A DNA stretch of 64,000 nucleotides from Botryllus schlosseri (Eukaryota): assembly GCA_051294905.1 (NCBI GenBank), contig CM119373.1, positions 6,572,001 through 6,636,000 on the forward strand. The letters are read 5' to 3'. The position numbers were made by a program, and so were the translations under genes. Shown one piece after another: positions 34,700 to 46,524 of the stretch. Position 1 is the stretch's first letter. Each line of letters starts with the position of its first letter. The notes below the pieces were generated by a model. It was given only the letters and a program-made list of their open reading frames with translations. It ran no database searches and was not told the origin of the DNA.

Positions 34700-35330
34700 A
34701 GAAGACCGCAATGGCTTTTTTCAAGAATCACATATGTTATCTAGTTATCAGAAGAATGAAATATGGGTAGCGGTTTTTCTTGTCCATTTCTTTATTTCTT
34801 CAGTCTTCTGGATATTTTTGTGCAGTTTAAATCTCTGCAACAATTTCCCCAGAATTTTCTTGGTTGCGTCTCTCCTCCATTTCTTTTCTTCTTCCAAGTA
34901 CATATTTTCAATTTCTAAGTGTTGTTTTTGTGTCAACACCGTTTTCTTGTATATTGTTCTTGTATATTGATATTAATGTAAGTATCAAGCCGTCCGAATT
35001 CAGCTTGTTTATTAATAGCATGTCTTTTTTGCAGGCGACAAGCCCAGGATCCTCTCTCTCCACGTCTCTCAGAACCGCCAACGTCACCGTGCACCCGGCA
35101 AACCCATGGTCTACCGTCTCCTCATTTATTCTGCAGTATTTACATTTATGCTTTTCCGTCTTCCCTTTTATTATTTTTAACATTCCACGTCTTTTTTGGT
35201 CGTTCCAAAATTATATAGCCGTCTCGTGCTATTCTGTAATTCATAATCTTGTTTTTATTTGTTGGTTGTATCTCTCTGTGTTTTAGGATCCTAATTGGTA
35301 TAGTGCATGTTTTTGCCAAAATTCTTCTGG
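34700..35330 (-). mobile_element. L1/Tx1-clade LINE 3' fragment
   Basis: 'KCKYCRINEETVDHGFAGC' cysteine-rich C-terminal motif. Probably the same insertion as 38225-39004. Confidence 0.7.
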
Positions 35331-35798
35331 TGTGTCAGTATTGGCTCTATCTCTCATTCTCATGATATCACTAGTTGTGGCCTTACATGTGGGAAATGTA
35401 ACTTCATTGACATCATTCATCTATTCCAAGAAACTACCACCACACGCTTTATCAAGCTTTCTCTCTTCGTCCACATTGATTGAATGACTATTGCTTTATA
35501 ATAATTATCATTAATGCTATTTTAATATTATCTGAAAAATAAAGAATATGCACATGAAAAGCCATGATGTTACAAAAGCGTTGCTAAAAAACACACTACA
35601 AAAACAGTAAAAACTTGAAGGCAAAACCTTATTGGCGTAAAATAAAACTGGACATAAAAATCGAAATCCACTGGCAAGAGATAATTAGAATCAAATGGGT
35701 CGAATGGAAAATAATACAGATTTACGATAAATAAGCAAGCAAAAAAACGAATGTGGGAACAAGATTAATTCAAACGAAACTTATGATAGAAAATAAAA

Positions 35799-36410
35799 TT
35801 AAAGGTCCAGCCGGACAGGTCTTCTGATATTTCTTTTCGGCCGGCCAGTTGCAATGATAGGAGGAGCAGGAGCAGGGACGGCAGCAGGAACAGGGACAGA
35901 AGCAGGGACAGGAACAGGATTCGTTGCCTGAGCTGGTTCCTCTTCCTCTTCGTGTACGACTTCTTCTTTTACGACTGTGCCAGCGGGCACCGGAGATGGA
36001 GCCGTAGCCATCGGTACAGGAGATCCAGATTGGCGGGGCAAGTTCATATGATGTACCGATTCCGGCACCGTCCCGGGCACAACGTTGTATGGCGGTCTTT
36101 GGACCGCCAACTCCAACATTGTGACGCTGCCCGCTGGCGACAGTGCCATTTCCACATCGTCAAATACGAGCAATTGGGATTGGAATCGTTCGTACCAAAC
36201 CAATGCCGCAAATGTGCAGCGCCCTTCGTAATGGGTTGCGAGAAACACGGCGTCCGGCGTTTGTGACCACAATATCGTCCTGTAACCCAGTTGCAATGAG
36301 TCAAAAACTCGGTATAAGCCCTCCAGGAATGTGACATTGTGATGGAACGGGCAGAGTGGCCGTGTCCTGTATATGACTGACGGTCCAGGCCTGAGAACCG
36401 GCCTATCACA
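35799..36410 (-). CDS. Unidentified ~200-codon open frame with a Pro/Ala/Glu-rich tail
   Basis: The frame stays open upstream of the ORF-track start to ~36415, near a ttacag acceptor-like site. Ends 'RPKRNIRRPVRLDL*'. No recognised domain. Confidence 0.35.
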   Translation of the reverse strand, partial: CDRPVLRPGPSVIYRTRPLCPFHHNVTFLEGLYRVFDSLQLGYRTILWSQTPDAVFLATHYEGRCTFAALVWYERFQSQLLVFDDVEMALSPAGSVTMLELAVQRPPYNVVPGTVPESVHHMNLPRQSGSPVPMATAPSPVPAGTVVKEEVVHEEEEEPAQATNPVPVPASVPVPAAVPAPAPPIIATGRPKRNIRRPVRLDL

Positions 36411-36529
36411 CCTATCACTTCACTGTAAATGCACTTTCGAATTACAAAAGTGTAAGTATTGTGACATAAAAACTTCATAACTGTTCTGACGCCGGTATGT
36501 TCTAGTGTAGCTAGAGACATCGGGTTGCT

Positions 36530-38224
36530 TTCGTTGGAAAGATATTACAAATATCTAAAAAGCTTCCAAGTTTCAAGTTGCTACTTCAAGTACTTTTCGA
36601 GTAATCGGGGTTTGAAAAGTAGCGAAATTCCCTTCTTCAAAATTCCGAAATTTAAAATTTCATCGAGACCATGTTATAGAGACTTATTATATCTCGGGCT
36701 CTACAATATTTTTATTTCGCTACGGTCAGTTTTTCCCATTTTTTCCTTAAAATTTCAAATATTTCATATTTCCCGGATAACTATCCAGTTATGATATCCG
36801 GATCCGTCCGGAAGCTCTTTTCATCCTGCTTCCGATCAAAGAGATTTCATGACTTTAGCTATTATATTTGCTGAGATATGCTCATTGAAGTAGTTTGAAA
36901 ACTACTTTTCAAGTACTACTTTTTACTGCTTGATGCAAATTGCTTCATTTTTTCTCAAAAAATTCTATTCCATCCCAGAGTACTGCTCACGTTATTCTGG
37001 GTATTCTACATCAGCACAGGATTTAATACCGACTTATATTCAACGAAAAAACTACTTTTCAAGTACTACTTTCCAAGCGTACGCGGTAATTACTTGATAT
37101 CGGCCATCAAAAATTCCATTAATCAAGTGATTTTAGCACCATACCGGACTCGGTTTAGAAAAATAAATTCAAACGGCTACCCATCCTCTACCTTACATCC
37201 TAGCGACACCACCAAGGTGTCTTCCGGTAGGTCTCGACTATATCTATGTTGTGTGAAAAATCATACCCCCCCGTTTCAAGATGGCGGAGCTATAGGCGCG
37301 AGAGAAGTGCAGTTTTTACACCTTTAACCGGTGCAGTTTTTACACCTTTAACTGGAGATATCTCGAGTCCGGAAGGTCTAATCCGGATATTTTTATTTTT
37401 TATGGGTTCCTGTCGTCTTCCTGCTTCCAACAAGGGGTCTATCGTTTGTGTAGGCTTACGGACGGCGGAGAAAATCACGAAAAACCATTAATTTTCGCAA
37501 ATATTTATTGATCGTTGACGTCCGCTCGCCCTGATTTTCGAAAAAAAAAATCAAACGATCGACCCATCTCTGGCCTAAATCCTACCGCCACGGCCAAGGT
37601 GTCTCCAGGTAGGTCTCGACTATATCTATGTTGTGTGAAAAAAATCAGACCCTCCCGACCCAAGATGGCGGAGCTATAGGCGCGAGAAAAGTGCAGTTAT
37701 CACAGCTTTAACCGGAGATATCTGTGCTCCGGAAGGTCTTATCCGAAAACTGTTTTTTTTAACGGGTGCAGCTCTTCATCCCGCATCTAAAAAGGGGTCG
37801 AACGTATGTCTAGGACCACAGACGGCGGATAAAATATAAAAAAAAACTTTTATTTTACTCATTTGGCCCCCTATAGCTAAGTGTGTTTTGGGGGGTGTTC
37901 CGTCGTCCTTAACTCTGGTGTTACATGTTCGACAAGCCCGATCTCGGTGTCTACGTGTAGTAGACATGCCAGAGAACGACCACAGCAAAAATCAGAACTT
38001 CAAATTGAAAGACGGCTTGGCAATTATCGTTTAAAAACACCATAAATTCCATCGGACGCGGTCCGCGACCCGTGGAAAAGGCGCGAAAACCAGTTTCCAG
38101 AAAATGTGGTCGAAATTTTTTCCAAAGTTGAAAAAAAATAGTCTCCATCCATTTTCCTGTATCAATAACCTTCCCTGACCTACGATGCCCTCGGGCGAAC
38201 TTTCTCTGACAAATTTTGTTCGTG
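36530..38224. repeat. Subterminal-repeat region of an unidentified DNA transposon
   Basis: Duplicated gaaaaactacttttcaagtactacttt and two ~190-bp related blocks (~37200-37400, ~37585-37770), each containing caagatggcgg. Confidence 0.45.
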
Positions 38225-39004
38225 TCACAACGATGTGCCTCCCTTTTCTTTACATAAAGCTAGTGTAGTTCTTGAAATCGTCTCCATCTTTTCTGGATGG
38301 TAAAGGAACTCAAAAAACATCTTGTCAAGTTCTTTTGTATGTTGTTTTTCAGATGGATACACTCGCGCCACATATAGTATCTGCGAGATTGCCAAGCTGT
38401 TGAGCACGTTCTTTTTACCGATCCCGGTGAGGTCTCTTCCTTCGCATAGGTTAGGTATGTTTTTAACTTTTGCTATCTTCCTCTTCCACATCTCCTCTAC
38501 ATTCTTCCCCCCTAACAGGAGCCCCAGCACCTTAATTTGTTCGTAATAGAACTAGTTAATCTCTGGATTTTTCATCCTTTCTTTCGCTTCCTTGTTTGTT
38601 GCAAGGATTTGCGTCTTCATTTTGTTTACTTTCTGGCCCGTGGCTCTTTCAAAGTCTTGCAGGTGTTGCAAGACTTTTATTGTGGATTCTTCGTCGGTTA
38701 CTGTTGCCGTTAGGTCATCAGCATACTGTTGCATTTTCATTTTGCCTTGGTTGCCAATTGTAACGCCTCTGATCTCTTCGTCTTTTGTTATTTTTCTTAT
38801 CAAGGGGTCTGCCGCAATGGCGTACAATGACATGCTCATTGGGCATCCCTGTCTTATTCCTCTTTTAATTTGGATTGTCCGCGATATTTTCCCATTTGCC
38901 ACTACATTGCTCGTTGCATTTTCGTACGTCGTTTTGATGTATCTGTGGACTTTTGCTCCAAGATTCAATTTCTCAATCAATTTCATTAGATAATCGTGAT
39001 TCAC
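38225..39004 (-). mobile_element. L1/Tx1-clade LINE RT fragment
   Basis: 'RGIRQGCPMSMSLY', 'QYADDLT', 'GQKVNKMKTQI'. Confidence 0.9.
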
Positions 39005-39701
39005 CTAAAACTACCATGTGGCTTTTTTGACGCATGTTGAATCTTCTTCAATTAAATGCATTTACCGGAGCTAAAAATCAGCACAAATCTCAACAAACGG
39101 CATCAGAAACCATTGTTTATTGCGCTCATAGCTATACTTGCAATATTTTACACACACCTTAGGTCAACACTTATATGTTACACCAAAAAACGGCGATTTG
39201 TTTTATAAGTGTTGCTCTGGTGCGCATTTGGTGTTTGAGCACGTTCTTTAAAAATTTAGAGTAGGTTCCAGATCCGCTTTAGCCACATCATCATTGTTGG
39301 TTATTGCTGACATATCATAAAGCTTATCAGATTAGATTTGCATAATTCAATTTTGCAACTAATCCTCGATTTGCATATTTTTAGAGTATCGGCATTTTGG
39401 CAAGTAGACGATCATTCACATTCTAAGAAAACATGCACGGACATCGTCGACTTGTTGGTACCCTCATAGAATACTGCCTTGCAACCTGACCAATAATATT
39501 CCCCTGGTTTTGTTTCGTTATAACATTTAACCGTCACTGGTTTCTTGTTTGTGCTGTTTCTGAAGGAAACAGTTACCTCAGGTTGCAGTGAACTCAATAT
39601 ATATGTGTACAAATTCGATCTCTACACTGGCATCTCGCCGTTACGCTTATCAACAAGATGATAGCTTTGAAAAGTGTGGCTACATGAAGCTGCCTGTGGT
39701 C

Positions 39702-42700
39702 GTAGCGATCGTGCCACGCTCTGAATTTTCTCCATCTCCTGCCCCCTTCACGGACCTCTCTTCTTCGTCTATTCGCAATCTATTCCAATCAGCAACAGGG
39801 GCGTTAGTGGAAGATATAAACAACGGGATTGATTATCCAAGAGCTGTGACAGCAGTGATACAAAGAAGTCTGGAAAATTGGGACAGAGATAAATTAGAAG
39901 AAGGATTAAGGATATTAAAAGTACCAAGAGGAGAAATTGGGAGAATAGGAACGCACTTGCAGAACAACGTGTTCCAAGGATGGAGATCGAGAGGGGCAAA
40001 ATTAAGAGCGGAGGCGGAGGCAGCAAGAATAGAAAGAGAGAAAGGATGGACACACGCATTCGCAACAGCGAGAAGGAGAGAATACGATGCAATACATACA
40101 CCAGTGAGGGATCATCTTGGAATACCAGGAATGCAACATTTCCTGGAAGCATTGGGATTAATAGGCGAAACGAACATAGATAATGTAAAAGAAGCAACAT
40201 ACAAATGGGCAAAGTCAAAAATCGAAGAACTGAAAACAGCACTGGGAGAAGACACAATGGTGGGACAACTAGTGGACGAAATGTTTGTAGTGGATAGTAC
40301 AGGACAGTCCGACTGGCATGACCTAGAAAATTACAGACAATCAATCATGGACATAGTAAATCCAGAAAGATCAGCAGAAGAAAGAAACGAACTAAATCAA
40401 GAAGAGTTAGGAGAAGGAGTAACAGAAACGAATAAATATGGGACAGGAATAACAGAAGAGATCGAGAATGAAGAAGAATACATATACAGTGATGAATCAG
40501 ATACAGAATTAGACCAAGAAGAGCTGGGAGCGGGAGTAACTGAAAATGACCCAGAGGGAATAACAGATGAGATAGAAGAAAGAGAAATAGAAGAATTCGA
40601 AGAATACTGTGACATGAGATTATCGGAAGTGGAAAGTGAGAATAGATATGCACAGCAGTGGGCGCAATACGAAACGGCAGTAGAGGAAGCATTCAACAGA
40701 TTTCAACAAAGACGTCATGAACAAAGGGGAACACCAATAATGCAATGGCAAATACCGGGCACGAGAAGGAGATGGGAAGGGTTAGGAAGAGCATTGAGAG
40801 TGGCGATACCTAGGAAACGTAATAGAAGGGGGTGGATAAAGGACAGACCAGGGTATTGGATGAGAAAAGACGGGAAAATAGAAAAAAGAAAAAGGCGACT
40901 GCCTCTAGAATGTATAAATATCGCGAACGAGCGGAGAGCTGCCAAAAGAGCGAGAGATGCAGCAGGAGAAGGAGCAACAACAGAAGGAGAGCCAACAGAA
41001 AAAGCCGGAAGAGTTGAGAGCAGCGTACCTAGCGACACTGGTACTACACAGCCCAGTACTGGAGGAAATAGCGAACGAAAGCGCGGGCGGGATTCTGAGT
41101 CAGAACGTGGGGAAGAGACCGGAGAGACTATCCCAAAAAGAGTTACACAAGAGAGCAAAGAAAGAAGGGTCGGAATGGAGGCGGACAGCTCGGCTAGCAA
41201 AATGGGGGTTGCTTTTGGGGGCGAGCCAAGTGTTAGGAGCTCCGGAGGTAGCGGAGGCGGCGCTGGTGGGAGCGGTGGCGCTGGGGGCACAGGAGTGCAT
41301 ACGGTGGCGGGATTCTTGTGGAAGGGAACAGAAACCGCCGAATATAGAATAAAGATAAATGAAGTGGTGAAATTTAAAACAAAAAAAGAAATAGGAACAA
41401 CTGCAGCGGGAAATCAGATCGACCACACATGGGTGGACACGTATGGAGACGGACATTTTAGGGAGAGCGGAATAAGAAAAGAATGTTTCGCACTACCAGC
41501 AGAAACGGGAAGCACAGCAAGTGCGTTCAAAAATAAAAAGAGAAAAAGGGTTTGGCCATGGGATACCGCGAGGGGATTCAATCCACTGAAGATGTATAGG
41601 TACTTCAGGATAAAGGATTACCGAACAACATTAAGGCATCCATATGCCTTCACACCAAGACCGAAAAAAATGACAACGTCATATGTATACAACGAAGAAG
41701 GGCATCTACAAAGCTCAGTGACCAATACAGACGGAGAATTTACAGGAAATAATGGGCCACCAATGATGTGGCTAAATGAATGGAAGGATAAGGACAAGTC
41801 AACGCCATTGACAGGATGTACAAAGGACACTGTAATAGAAACATACTTACCTGTAGAGAGTACAAACGACACAATTGCAGCGACAGAAGAACCAGAATTA
41901 TTCATACTGGAGCAAGAAGGTGGAACAAAAAAAGCATTTGGATACGGGTCATGCTCTAGAAAACATGAAATGAAACTAGAGAAATCAATCTCGGTAGTGG
42001 ACAGTTCAGAAGACGCAAATCAACTACTTCAGGACAGCGAAGGAAGCCCGTGGATGCATGTTACAGACTGGCCAAAGTGGAGAAGCCAAAACTATTACAG
42101 CGGACTAAGCGTGTGTACTCAAACATGGCCGAATTGGACAGGACTATCAACCATGACGGTCGACATACCAAGATCGCGCGAAATAACTGTAGAGTTTAAA
42201 ACTCTAGCTAGCGCGGAATCGCATGGTGTCGCATAAGGGGAATTCCCTAATTGTATATATTTATTGCATTGTTACGTTAATAAAGGTTGACCCACTCAGA
42301 CGAGAAAGTTTTTTTCCTTGGGTGGGCCAGGGCAGGTTCAGACTTGCCCGAGCGGACGTCACAGAGACGAAAACGCGGACTTACTCGAAACGCAATTTTA
42401 TAGTGTCGTTTAAGTAAGGATGCAGACTATAATAAGGCTCATTTGGATATGGACGGGTCTGACTTGTATATTGGCGAACCCTGTGGAAGAATTATAAGAG
42501 AGATTGTGGATTACGAAAGTAGATATGAAGAGGAATTTAGCTGCCGACGAGAGTTCGAATGCATCAAGGACGAGCGTGCCTCAAAGTTACTCAAGCGATT
42601 CAAAGAGATTGCGAATAGACGAAGAAGAGAGGTCCGTGAAGGGGGCAGGAGATGGAGAAAATTCAGAGCGTGGCACGATCGCTACCTTCGGGCGACCCTG

Positions 42701-42750
42701 ACGCGGCCCTATCGGGCCGCAAGGGTCAGGGGTCGCAACGCTCTCTTAGC
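39702..42750 (+). mobile_element. Virus-like element copy C: 2,968 nt of the circle plus an 80-bp inverted fragment
   Basis: 39783-39975 = copy B 25465-25657; 39976-42750 = copy B 22030-24804; 39702-39781 = reverse complement of 42606-42685. Confidence 0.92.
39783..42236 (+). CDS. Large ORF of copy C, N-terminally truncated, capsid-like domain intact
   Basis: Uninterrupted frame across the permutation junction. Differs from copy B at two residues visible in the ORF track (M/R, T/K). Confidence 0.75.
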   Translation, partial: FQSATGALVEDINNGIDYPRAVTAVIQRSLENWDRDKLEEGLRILKVPRGEIGRIGTHLQNNVFQGWRSRGAKLRAEAEAARIEREKGWTHAFATARRREYDAIHTPVRDHLGIPGMQHFLEALGLIGETNIDNVKEATYKWAKSKIEELKTALGEDTMVGQLVDEMFVVDSTGQSDWHDLENYRQSIMDIVNPERSAEERNELNQEELGEGVTETNKYGTGITEEIENEEEYIYSDESDTELDQEELGAGVTENDPEGITDEIEEREIEEFEEYCDMRLSEVESENRYAQQWAQYETAVEEAFNRFQQRRHEQRGTPIMQWQIPGTRRRWEGLGRALRVAIPRKRNRRGWIKDRPGYWMRKDGKIEKRKRRLPLECINIANERRAAKRARDAAGEGATTEGEPTEKAGRVESSVPSDTGTTQPSTGGNSERKRGRDSESERGEETGETIPKRVTQESKERRVGMEADSSASKMGVAFGGEPSVRSSGGSGGGAGGSGGAGGTGVHTVAGFLWKGTETAEYRIKINEVVKFKTKKEIGTTAAGNQIDHTWVDTYGDGHFRESGIRKECFALPAETGSTASAFKNKKRKRVWPWDTARGFNPLKMYRYFRIKDYRTTLRHPYAFTPRPKKMTTSYVYNEEGHLQSSVTNTDGEFTGNNGPPMMWLNEWKDKDKSTPLTGCTKDTVIETYLPVESTNDTIAATEEPELFILEQEGGTKKAFGYGSCSRKHEMKLEKSISVVDSSEDANQLLQDSEGSPWMHVTDWPKWRSQNYYSGLSVCTQTWPNWTGLSTMTVDIPRSREITVEFKTLASAESHGVA

Positions 42751-44017
42751 GCTGTAAAACGTGCTCTGGCTATGTCAGTACTAAGCTGGAACGTTGGTTT
42801 CAGTGGGCTCTTGGGTGTTATTGAAACCCTAGACTTGCCAGTGAACACTTTCACAAAAAAGCGCTGGCTTTGAAGGACAAGAAAAGAAGAACTGCATCGC
42901 AACGCTCTTCTGCAGTAAAAAGCGAAAATTTGAAAGAGGTCGTGAGTCCTTGGACTCATCTGACTACGTCCCTAGCGGCTATTGATGCCCAGATTTCGTT
43001 ATATATGGTTCACTGTGGGATAAACATAATATAATCTGACCATTTATGTCATTAGCAACGTTCATGTCCTTGTTTTTCGAAGTTATTGTGGTTGTAATTT
43101 TTTAAACGTGTTTTTCTCAAAACTTACTTTTTCTGACTCTAAATTCTACCTTCTCCGCACCTGCTCATCCGATTCATCTAAAATTTTGCACGAATGATGG
43201 TTAGGGTATATATACGATGTAACGCTTTCTTGAAAAATTTTCTGTGGAGATTTTTATAGAGTTAACATGTTGCAAAAAAGCATAAATTTAGGGTTCGCTG
43301 CTAAAAATGTCATAAATTTTTTAGGAAACGTTTTTTTTTAAATACCCACATAGGCTTATAGATTAGATATATGTCTGTACTATCCCTCCACCAATTTTGA
43401 AATGAGTATCTGTGGAGCATTTTTACTTTTTAGGATTTTGGTGAACGGATGGTGAAAATTTACATAACTTTTCGAGTTCTTGTGCCCTTCGGGGGTATGC
43501 TTATGGTTCAACATAAAGACCATATTCGGAAAGGAAATTTCTTGCCCTTTTCAACAATATATGGATCATGGACCTCGCATTTACCTTGTGGGAGATATGA
43601 CCACAAACGTGAACACCTGTAAAATTCATTTTCAACTATTAGTGTCCCCTTAACCTCGCCAATTATTAACCAGACTACAAAGCCATCAATAGGCCTGGTT
43701 ACATGCTCGATTCGACTTTAAGTTCAAGCCGTCTCCGGTAACGTCACGCGACAACTCCGAGTTGACTCGCTGAAGCGCGCAGTTCACATGATTCTTTACT
43801 CTACTGTTTTGTTTCGCCGTTGGCCCGTAACCAAATATTTTCGAACGGTGCATTGCATTTGTAAATTGGAGTAAGTGGTTTCGTTTGGCAATGAGCATGA
43901 GCAAAAGTAGCACGACCACTCCAGGTGTGTGGTCCGATGTAGAAACCTTTTTACGCCGTTGGATCGTTACTAAATATTCTTTAACGGTGCATTGAATTTG
44001 TAAATTGGAGTAAGTGG

Positions 44018-44209
44018 TTGCGTTTGGCATTGAGCATGAGCGAAGTAGCAAGACCAGGTGTGTGGTCCGATGTAGAAACTTTTTTTCTTCTTGATATAAT
44101 CGAGGAGAAGAATATAATCAACAAGATCGATGGTAGTCGAGGAAGGAATCAGCAAGACTATCAAAGTGTTACTGAAGAATTCATGAATAGAAATAAAGAG
44201 ACTGGTTAG
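44018..44209 (+). pseudogene. Myb/SANT-like domain fragment (Harbinger partner type)
   Basis: 'WSDVETFFLLDIIEEKNIINKIDGSRGRNQQDYQSV'. Confidence 0.55.
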
Positions 44210-44680
44210 TGTTGTGAGCATTTTACTGTAGTTCTATTGAAATTACTTTTAGTAACATGTCCACCGAGATTTTGCCTCGTCACTGCAGATATAAAGATGG
44301 TGCGGTGCGATAGTCTATATAGAAAGCTACAACTGTAATACTTTGATGGTTTCTATCAATTCTGTTTATGCATATTGCATGTGGAAAATACCCGGATAGT
44401 GAGAAATATTGCAATATGAATTCAGGAAACGGATATCTACGAAGTGGAGAAATATGATGAATATTTACTACAGTAAATTGAAGGTAGCGTCGAAGTGAGG
44501 AGACGGTGCAGTGACCCGGATTTTCGACGATAAAATACATAGCCTTTTGTTACAGAGACCACAAAGCAAAGTAAACGATTGTTATATGATTAGCAGTAAG
44601 CCTTTTGTAATCTTATCTGCAGTGATATGTGATTTGCTTCCATTTTTCATGATCATTGAACTGTTTTTATGCTGTCATAG

Positions 44681-45673
44681 CAGTGTTGGGATCAAGTCAC
44701 TACCTTCGAGTCATCTCGAGTCATTGCAGATTATGACTCGAGTCAAGTCAAGTCAATCAATTTTCAAAGGTGACTCGAGTCAAGTCGAGTCAAGTCAAGT
44801 CAAGTCACGAGTCAAGTCACAATTCAAGTCAAATTGAATTTTCGAAGTATGAGCGATGATTCAAAGTCATTACATTTTGCTAGCTGTGTGAAAGACAGAT
44901 TAGTTGATCACTTATCTCGAATAAAATAGCGAATATCTAGTTAAATATACATGCAAAAAGACGTGGTATCCCTCACACATATGCCGAACTGCTAATAAAA
45001 TACGTGAGTAACTGTACAGTGTACACTGTACTGTACACTGTACTGTACAGCTGCATGCTACAGTTGCATGCTACAGTCAGTTATTATCAGTCAAAATATA
45101 GGACCTAATGCGAAGCTTCGAGAACTTGAAACAAATAGATGTGACAAAATAGCCCACACTACCCATCTACACATCCGTGAGAATATAAACGCAAAACTAT
45201 ATTTGTTCGATTTAAATCATACAAAAGGATTGATCTGAGCACTGCGCAACCTAAGCATTGAGCCGTCTAAGAAACAGAGACACATTGCTATTTAGATTAA
45301 TCTTCTACTACTGCTACGACAACTTTGCTGTGATTGTTTAGTTTGCGGCTGATTTATTTGTGATCTAACAATCGAGGTTCAGTGTATCGTACAATCAGTG
45401 AATGACTGGTTGCTCTCACAAGTGATACCGGTGTATCTCGAACAATCCGAACATACACAAGATACAGTGATTTATTCGACACCGTTTACTTGATGACTTG
45501 AAATTGACTCGTGAATTCTGCTCCGAGTCACGAGTCAATGCACATTTTTGAAGCTCCGAGTCAAGTCAAGTCAAGTCATTTTTCCAAAGTGACTCGAGTC
45601 AAGTCAAGTCATACGAAAAAGTTGACTCGAGTCTGACTCGAGTCAAGTCATGACTCGAGTCATCCCAACACTG
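44681..45673. mobile_element. hAT-type MITE with gagtc/aagtc subterminal arrays
   Basis: TIRs cagtgttggga / tcccaacactg. 8-bp TSD tgtcatag at 44673-44680 and 45674-45681. A second partial copy starts at 62993. Confidence 0.92.
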
Positions 45674-46329
45674 TGTCATAGTGTCATATACATCATGTCT
45701 ATTATTGAATTCAAGGAGATTTGACAATGGTGGACACCAACCATGTGCCCACAGTTTGGTATGATACAGATTTGTCCGTGAAATAAATTCTGGAACTAAA
45801 TAGTTCTTGTCATTTTAGATGCAACGCCGCATGAACTGATCTCCGTCGATGATGCTGCTGCTGTTGATGACTCAAATTGTTTGTTATATTAGTTCATGCA
45901 TCATTTTACATCGTTGAAGGCCCTAGAGCTAGGAGGCGAAGAGCAGGTGCAAAGTACACGAGTACCAGTTTGGTATAGGAAATTGACAATCATAAAATAA
46001 TGTTTTAGATGTGAGAAATATGCGCCAGCTAAAAAGGTAATGTACAATTAATTTGGATATTTTGATGTGTATGATGGAGCACTTTACGTTTTTCAGACGA
46101 TGATGGATGGCAAAAATACATCAATGCATTCACTGAGCAGTGCGAGAAGTATCGAATTTGTAAAGAACAGCTAGTTAACAAGATGAATGAAACTTTGATG
46201 GAATCGCTCAGAATACTGATGAGACAAGATGCAGGAAGTGTACATACAAGTAGAAGTGAAAGTCAGTCACCACCTGTGGTGGTACATGTGGACCTAATCC
46301 AGCTAAATGGTTCAACACTGTCATTGAAC

Positions 46330-46524
46330 CAGTTCCCTCCTTGTGCAGTGTACACGCACCACTGTCTTCGCGACTCGTTCACGTTTGTAGAAGAACTAAA
46401 GTGCGCTAAATTAAATCCGTCCAATGTATTTCTTAGCTCATTTGATGTGAAAACTCTTTTTACCAACGTACCACTGTCAGAAACTTTCGAAATCCACGCA
46501 GACGCGCTTGAACCTCCGAAATAA
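46330..46524 (+). pseudogene. Penelope-like RT fragment
   Basis: 'LSSFDVKTLFTNVPLSET'. Confidence 0.65.

Larger units (their letters stand above)
39005..43653 (+). mobile_element. Degenerate DNA transposon (Kolobok/Mutator-like) hosting virus-like copy C
   Basis: After 42750: 'ALAMSVLSWNVGFSGLLGVIETLDLP...DYVPSGY*', resembling the C-terminus of such transposases. The right end tagtgtcccc is followed by TTAA (43650-43653). Left limit uncertain. Confidence 0.4.

Noticed and set aside
39588-39782. N-terminal 65 aa of the 882-aa ORF as a real host-virus fusion domain
   Set aside because: It consists of flanking transposon DNA plus the 80-bp inverted viral fragment. The open frame is most likely fortuitous.
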